DNA of 32,000 nucleotides, taken from assembly GCF_021184045.1 (NCBI RefSeq), contig NZ_CP073710.1:970685-1002684 (forward strand). Direction: 5' to 3'. Under the pieces are notes generated by a model. That model saw nothing but the letters and a program-made list of their open reading frames with translations. It did no database searches and was not told where the DNA came from. This document shows positions 26,891-32,000 of this stretch, piece after piece (the first letter of the stretch is position 1; each line of letters starts with the position of its first letter). The translations under genes and the position numbers were made by a program. The stretch is from Methanococcoides orientis (GTDB lineage: Archaea; Halobacteriota; Methanosarcinia; Methanosarcinales; Methanosarcinaceae).

Positions 26891-28810
26891 ATGCAATACA
26901 GCATGGGTATTGACGCAGGCGGTACTTACACCGATGCGGTAATAATACGGGATTCGGATGGCGAGATCGTTGATTCTACAAAAGCAAGAACAACTTATCC
27001 AGACCTGTTGATAGGCATTCAGAACGCTCTTGACGGATTAGATCAGAGTTACCTCAAAGACATAAAGCTGGTTTCCGTATCTACAACACTGTCCACTAAT
27101 ACAATTCTTGAAGGTACCGGATATCCCGTTGCACTTATCATGGCAGGAGATTATGTAATACCGGAAACTCATTCCATAAATAACTATATTGTTGTTGATG
27201 GTGGCCATGGTCCCAGCGGAGAAGAAATAAGAAAACTTGACATGGAAACTGTCAGGGAATTTATTCTCCGGAACAAAGATATAGTTTCAGCCTTTGCAAT
27301 TTCATCTTACTTCAGCATACGTAATCCTGAACATGAGCTTCAGATAAAAGAACTGATCAAAGAACTGACAGGGCTGCCAAGCGTTTGCGGACATGAGCTT
27401 TCCCAGGACCTTGGTGCATACAACCGTGGTATCACAGCATACCTTAACGCACAACTGATCCCAATAACTGATCATTTCATAGAGACCATCATAAATGAAA
27501 TGGACAGAAGGAACATAAAAGCACGACTTCTTATGCTCAAATGTGACGGTTCCGTGGTCGGTATCGATGAAGCAAAAGAAAAACCTATTGAATCAATTTT
27601 CTCAGGTCCCGCAGCAAGCCTTGTCGGAGCGGCATACCTTAGCAAAGCAAAGACCTGCACCGTCATTGATGTCGGAGGTACAAGTACAGATGTATCCATG
27701 ATAGAAAATGAACTGCCGGAACTCTGTGATGAAGGGGCAGTGGTCGGTGGCTGGCAGACAAAGGTCAAGGCCATTCGCATGGAAACCTCTGCAATGGGTG
27801 GAGATAGCCACATCTGGATCAAGAACCAGAAACCTAACATTGGCCCAAGAAGGGTAATACCACTATGTGTTGCTGCAACAAAGTATCCATCGCTGATAGA
27901 AAGGCTTAAAACGGCAAGAGTGCCCTCAAGAATGCTACTGAGCGATAATATACAGCCCACCAAATTCTTTATTCGATCAGGAAAGGAACCTACATCGGAA
28001 TTTTCCCCATCAGAAAAGGAGATCTATGACAGGATTGGAGATGAACCGGTCTCTATAAGTGGTATTTTCCTGGATAAACTTCCTTCACCGGTCTTTCTTG
28101 ACCTTCTCATTCAGAAAAGGCTCATACAAGCTATCGGATTCACTCCAACCGATGCACTACATGTGCTCGGGGACTACAATGAATGGAATGCTGAAGCCTC
28201 GAACATTGCCGCCACAATACTCGGACGCATGACGCACCAGAGCAAGGGTGAATTCTGCCAGCAGGTCAAAAATGAAGTAGCCAAGAATATGGCTATTTAC
28301 CTTATGTCCTATCTTCTGAAAGATGTACATCCCGAGGAGATTAGAAAAGTTATTGAAGGTGATCATCACACCAAGTTCAAACTTGACGTCCCTGTAGTAC
28401 TCCTGGGCGGACCTGTAAGGGCTTATGTGGAAGATGTCAGAAAGCTGATAGACGCAGATGTTATACTTCCCGAGCATTCCGAAGTTGGAAATGCAGCAGG
28501 AGCACTTGTAGGAAAAGGCATCAAAAGGATCGAGATACTTATCAAGAATGTAAGAAAGAAATCGAAGATAAGTAATATCGTGTTCGTGCAAGGCCAGCGT
28601 GAGATCTTTCAGACGCATCCGGAAGCTCTCAAATATGCAGATAAGATTGGAAGAGAACTTGTCCTGGGCTACATGAAGGAAGCAGGACTGGATGCAGAGG
28701 ATGTACGTATAGAAGTAACAAGGAACGACATCACAATGCATGGCGACAGCCTGCCACTGGAAACAAAACTTGTTTTCGTAGGTATCGGTACACCGAAAAG
28801 AGAGATATGA
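26891..28810 (+). CDS. Hydantoinase/oxoprolinase (HyuA-like, ASKHA ATPase) family protein, paralog 1
   Basis: N-terminal phosphate-1 motif MGIDAGGTYTDAV. Second ASKHA motif VIDVGGTSTDVS. 639 aa. Confidence 0.8.
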   Translation: MQYSMGIDAGGTYTDAVIIRDSDGEIVDSTKARTTYPDLLIGIQNALDGLDQSYLKDIKLVSVSTTLSTNTILEGTGYPVALIMAGDYVIPETHSINNYIVVDGGHGPSGEEIRKLDMETVREFILRNKDIVSAFAISSYFSIRNPEHELQIKELIKELTGLPSVCGHELSQDLGAYNRGITAYLNAQLIPITDHFIETIINEMDRRNIKARLLMLKCDGSVVGIDEAKEKPIESIFSGPAASLVGAAYLSKAKTCTVIDVGGTSTDVSMIENELPELCDEGAVVGGWQTKVKAIRMETSAMGGDSHIWIKNQKPNIGPRRVIPLCVAATKYPSLIERLKTARVPSRMLLSDNIQPTKFFIRSGKEPTSEFSPSEKEIYDRIGDEPVSISGIFLDKLPSPVFLDLLIQKRLIQAIGFTPTDALHVLGDYNEWNAEASNIAATILGRMTHQSKGEFCQQVKNEVAKNMAIYLMSYLLKDVHPEEIRKVIEGDHHTKFKLDVPVVLLGGPVRAYVEDVRKLIDADVILPEHSEVGNAAGALVGKGIKRIEILIKNVRKKSKISNIVFVQGQREIFQTHPEALKYADKIGRELVLGYMKEAGLDAEDVRIEVTRNDITMHGDSLPLETKLVFVGIGTPKREI

Positions 28811-29077
28811 AAATCAACAGGAATGGAAAAGTATCCACATATTTCCCGGACATCCTGTAACAAGCTGAAAGAAAGGACCTTAAGCAAGTTCGAGTAACAC
28901 CGAACTTCTTAAAGTCCATAACAAAATCCGAATGTTCATATAGTAGTAATTAATCAGCTACTTAGCTGACTAACGATTCTAATATTGATTAACACGTGGA
29001 AGCTAAGCTTTATGTGGTACTGGCAAGCAGACCACATTAAAAAACACAAAATAAATTCACAATAAAGGAATAAGATC

Positions 29078-31009
29078 ATGAAATATAGTCTTGGTATTGA
29101 TGCAGGAGGAACTTACACCGACGCCGTTCTCATCAGCGACGCGGACGGAAAGATCATTGATTCTACAAAAGCAAGGACTACCTATCCTGACCTTTTGCCA
29201 GGCATACAGAACGCTTTTGACGGACTTGACCAATCCATTCTAAAACAGGTCAAACTTGTATCAGTATCCACTACCCTGGCAACCAACACAATTCTGGAAA
29301 AGACCGGCTATCCCGTGGGACTTATCCTCGTAGGAAAAACAGACACCCCAAAGAATTCGGCAATTAAGTACTATATCTCTGTAAATGGAGGACACAGTTC
29401 CGGCGGCAATGAGGTCGAACCGTTAGACCTTGATTCGGTCGAAGAGTTCGTCGAGGCTGTAAAGAACAAAGTATCAGCATTTGCCGTTTCATCTTATTTC
29501 AGTGTGAGAAATCCCGAACACGAACTTAAGGTAAAAGAAATTATCACAGAGCTTACCGGAATGCCTGTGATCTGCGGACACGAGCTATCCCAGTCACTGG
29601 GTGCATATGACAGAGGAATAACAGCATTCCTGAACGCCCAGTTGCTTCCAATTGCCAACCAGTTCATGAAAACAGTCGCTTCTGAGGTTGAGCGCCGTGG
29701 AATAAATGCAAAACTCATGATGTTGAAATGTGATGGCTCCATCGTAGGAATGAATGAAGCCCTCAAGCACCCTATAGAATCAATATTTACAGGACCTGCC
29801 GCCAGTCTTGTGGGTGCAGCTTACCTGTCAAAGGAACCAAGCTGCGTGGTGATCGATGTAGGCGGTACGAGTACCGATGTTTCCCTGACGGTCAACGGAT
29901 TGCCACAGATATCTGATACTGGTGCCATTGTAGGCGGATGGCAGACCAAAGTAGAAGCCATTAAGATGGAAACCTCTGCAATGGGAGGAGACAGTCATGT
30001 CTGGGTCATGAACCATGTGCTCAGCATAGGACCAAGAAGGGTGGTTCCACTGTGTGTTGCAGCTACAAAATATCCAAGGATCATCAAGAAGCTGAAACAG
30101 GGACAATCAATTTCAAGACTAAAACTTGGTGAGAACGTCCAGCCAACGAAGTTCTTTGTCAGGACAGAGCAAAAACCTATAGAACTGACCAAAAGGGAAG
30201 AGGAACTTCTGAACAGGATAGGGGATGAACCACTTGCTGTCAGTGAAATATACCTGGAAAGAAGAATACTGCCTTCTCCAATGCTTCTTGACAGCCTGAT
30301 ACAGAAAAGACTTATACAGACCATCGGATTCACACCTACCGATGCATTGCATGTACTTGGAGATTACAACGAATGGAATACCGAAGCATCGATCCTCGGT
30401 GCAGAACAAATGTGTATCTTTGCAGATATGGAAGTAAAGGAGCTCTGTCTTGAGATCAAAAAGAAAGTTGCAAAGAACATGGCATTGAATCTCCTTTCCT
30501 ACCTGATGGAAACCGTGGATGCAAAAGAGATAGAAAAAGGTCTTGACGGGGATTTCTTCGCCGGATTCAAAGCCGATGTCCCGGTAGTACTTCTCGGTGG
30601 ACCTGTGCGTGCATATACCGAAGAAATAAAGAAGTTCGTGGATGCAAAGATACTGCTACCTGAACACGCGGAAGTAGGAAATGCAGTTGGAGCTCTTGCA
30701 GGAAAAGGTGTGAAAAGAATAGAGATCCTTATCAGGGTCACCTTCGGCGAATCCAAATACAATCTCAAGCCAACCTCCATATCCGTATTCTCCCCTCTTG
30801 GAAAGGATGAGATGAGCAACTACGATGAAGCAGTGGTCTATGCAGAAGAACTTGGCAACAAGCTGGTAATGGATTACATGCAGGATGCAGAACTTGAAGA
30901 TGGCAACATCAACATCGAAGTTACCAAAAAGGTGATCAATCCTTTAAATACAGGAGTACCACTGGAGACGAAATATGCTTTCCTGGGTATTGCTGAATTG
31001 AAGAAGTAA
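29078..31009 (+). CDS. Hydantoinase/oxoprolinase (HyuA-like, ASKHA ATPase) family protein, paralog 2
   Basis: LGIDAGGTYTDAV and VIDVGGTSTDVS. 643 aa. Collinear with paralog 1 over the full length, with long identical blocks such as IDSTKARTTYPDL, METSAMGGDSH, GFTPTDALHVLGDYNEWN and VPVVLLGGPVRAY. Confidence 0.8.
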   Translation: MKYSLGIDAGGTYTDAVLISDADGKIIDSTKARTTYPDLLPGIQNAFDGLDQSILKQVKLVSVSTTLATNTILEKTGYPVGLILVGKTDTPKNSAIKYYISVNGGHSSGGNEVEPLDLDSVEEFVEAVKNKVSAFAVSSYFSVRNPEHELKVKEIITELTGMPVICGHELSQSLGAYDRGITAFLNAQLLPIANQFMKTVASEVERRGINAKLMMLKCDGSIVGMNEALKHPIESIFTGPAASLVGAAYLSKEPSCVVIDVGGTSTDVSLTVNGLPQISDTGAIVGGWQTKVEAIKMETSAMGGDSHVWVMNHVLSIGPRRVVPLCVAATKYPRIIKKLKQGQSISRLKLGENVQPTKFFVRTEQKPIELTKREEELLNRIGDEPLAVSEIYLERRILPSPMLLDSLIQKRLIQTIGFTPTDALHVLGDYNEWNTEASILGAEQMCIFADMEVKELCLEIKKKVAKNMALNLLSYLMETVDAKEIEKGLDGDFFAGFKADVPVVLLGGPVRAYTEEIKKFVDAKILLPEHAEVGNAVGALAGKGVKRIEILIRVTFGESKYNLKPTSISVFSPLGKDEMSNYDEAVVYAEELGNKLVMDYMQDAELEDGNINIEVTKKVINPLNTGVPLETKYAFLGIAELKK

Positions 31010-31059
31010 GTTATACCCTTAAATATCAACATCCCGTATTCTAGTCTCGGGAATTTGAT

Positions 31060-31923
31060 ATGACACTAACAGGACATGCCTATGCACTCGGTGCAGGAAC
31101 CATCATTAATGCAATTGCAACATGGAAAGGAGCCGCTTTCGGAGTTGACCTGAAGACCTTTGCAGATGTTGAACTTACAAACAACAGCTCAAAAATAAGC
31201 GGCACCATTGAAAATGTGCCGCAGGGTGACACTACACTGATCGAAAGGTCAGTGGAACTTGTCCTTGAGCATTTTGATATTGAGATGGGAGGCAATGTCC
31301 ACACAAGCAGTGAAGTGCCGCTGGCAAGCGGACTGAAAAGCAGCAGTGCGGCTGCAAATGCAACCATTCTTGCAACCCTTGATGCCATTGGTGAAACAAT
31401 GGAACCCATGGATGCAGTACATCTTGGAGTAAGGGCAGCAAAGGATGCAGGCGTTACCATCACAGGTGCTCTTGATGATGCTTGTGCCTCTTTTTTTGGT
31501 GGGATCGTTGTCACGGACAACAGGAAGAACGAACTTATCAAACGCACCGAGAAAGAGATGGATGTAATTATCTTTGCACCCGACAGGCAGTCTTTCAGTT
31601 CACAGACCAATGTTCATAACTCTGAGCTTATTGCACCCTGGGTCGATATGGCTTATGAGCTTGCACTTGAAGAGGAATATGAAAAAGCCATGACGCTTAA
31701 CGGATTCCTCTATTGCGGAGCACTTGGGTTCAGTACTGATATAATGATGGAAGCCCTGAAGATCGGCGTAAAAGGAGTTAGTTTATCGGGCACAGGTCCC
31801 GCATATTCTGCACTTGTTGATAAAGGTCTGGCAAATGAACTTATAAAAATATGGGCAGAGTTTGGCACTACCGGAAAAGTGATAAATACCAAGATTAATA
31901 ATGAAGGTTTAATGAAACTTTAA
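31060..31923 (+). CDS. aroK: Shikimate kinase, archaeal GHMP-kinase type
   Basis: GHAYALGAGTIINAIATWKGAAFGVDL N-terminus and GHMP motif PLASGLKSSSAAANA. 287 aa. Followed by chorismate mutase. Confidence 0.82.
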   Translation: MTLTGHAYALGAGTIINAIATWKGAAFGVDLKTFADVELTNNSSKISGTIENVPQGDTTLIERSVELVLEHFDIEMGGNVHTSSEVPLASGLKSSSAAANATILATLDAIGETMEPMDAVHLGVRAAKDAGVTITGALDDACASFFGGIVVTDNRKNELIKRTEKEMDVIIFAPDRQSFSSQTNVHNSELIAPWVDMAYELALEEEYEKAMTLNGFLYCGALGFSTDIMMEALKIGVKGVSLSGTGPAYSALVDKGLANELIKIWAEFGTTGKVINTKINNEGLMKL

Positions 31924-31937
31924 TTTCGTGGGTAAAC

Positions 31938-32000
31938 ATGACCGCAATAGATGAAGTTCGCAGCAAGATCGAGAGGATCGATAACGAGATCATAAAACTG
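31938..32000 (+). CDS. Chorismate mutase (AroQ-type), N-terminal 21 codons only; continues beyond the window
   Basis: MTAIDEVRSKIERIDNEIIKL matches the AroQ helix-1 pattern (R..I..ID..I..L). Its position after aroK supports the call. The fragment is very short. Confidence 0.45.
   Translation, partial: MTAIDEVRSKIERIDNEIIKL

Noticed and set aside
27472-27963. 163-aa minus-strand ORF inside hydantoinase paralog 1. Similar antisense ORFs occur at 29995-30333, 30499-30819, 31080-31610 and 25254-25739.
   Set aside because: All are antisense to genes with strong family motifs and have Ser/Pro/low-complexity composition typical of shadow ORFs.

Overview
Archaeal chromosome window. The euryarchaeal call rests on Pus10, TrmY, L21e, RpoF/Rpo4 and a GHMP-type shikimate kinase. 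A Methanosarcinales-like host is only my pattern-recognition guess and cannot be proven from the window. All product names come from motif recognition; no database search was possible.

The window has two compositionally different parts.

LEFT, 1 to ~14650, is visibly AT-rich by eye (not computed) and looks accessory.
- The 3' two-thirds of a protein-primed-type family B DNA polymerase runs off the 5' window edge. It is broken by a 1-nt frameshift in a T8 run (1220-1227) and carries two tandem HTH-like modules at its C-terminus.
- A small RHH-like ORF is followed 3 nt later by an uncharacterised 106-aa ORF.
- A complete type I-B CRISPR-Cas system lies entirely on the minus strand in a split order: cas4-cas1-cas2, leader, a 28-repeat array of 30-nt repeats, then cas6-cas8b-cas7-cas5-cas3.
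- cas2 (missing from the ORF track) is full length but contains an in-frame TAG at codon 46.
- The AT-rich block stops at the 3' end of a tRNA-Leu(UAA) gene (14651-14735, minus strand), as expected for an integrated island.

RIGHT, 14.7-32 kb, has higher GC and looks like core genome.
- It begins with an MBL-fold hydrolase, a metallophosphoesterase, a TIGR00266/AIM24-like protein and a META-domain lipoprotein.
- A translationally coupled triad follows: retropepsin-like protein, RimK ATP-grasp ligase and AstE/AspA-like deacylase.
- Next come a DUF21 membrane protein and the trmY-pus10 pair.
- The conserved rpl21e-rpoF-DUF655-rsmA-hemK-like cluster follows.
- The window ends with two tandem paralogous hydantoinase/oxoprolinase-family genes, archaeal shikimate kinase and the start of chorismate mutase.

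Most interesting leads:
- The frameshifted self-replicating-element polymerase sits beside a complete I-B locus inside a tRNA-Leu-bounded island.
- The amber codon in cas2.
- The RHH plus unknown gene pair.
- The RimK triad in an archaeon, which lacks the bacterial RimK substrate bS6.
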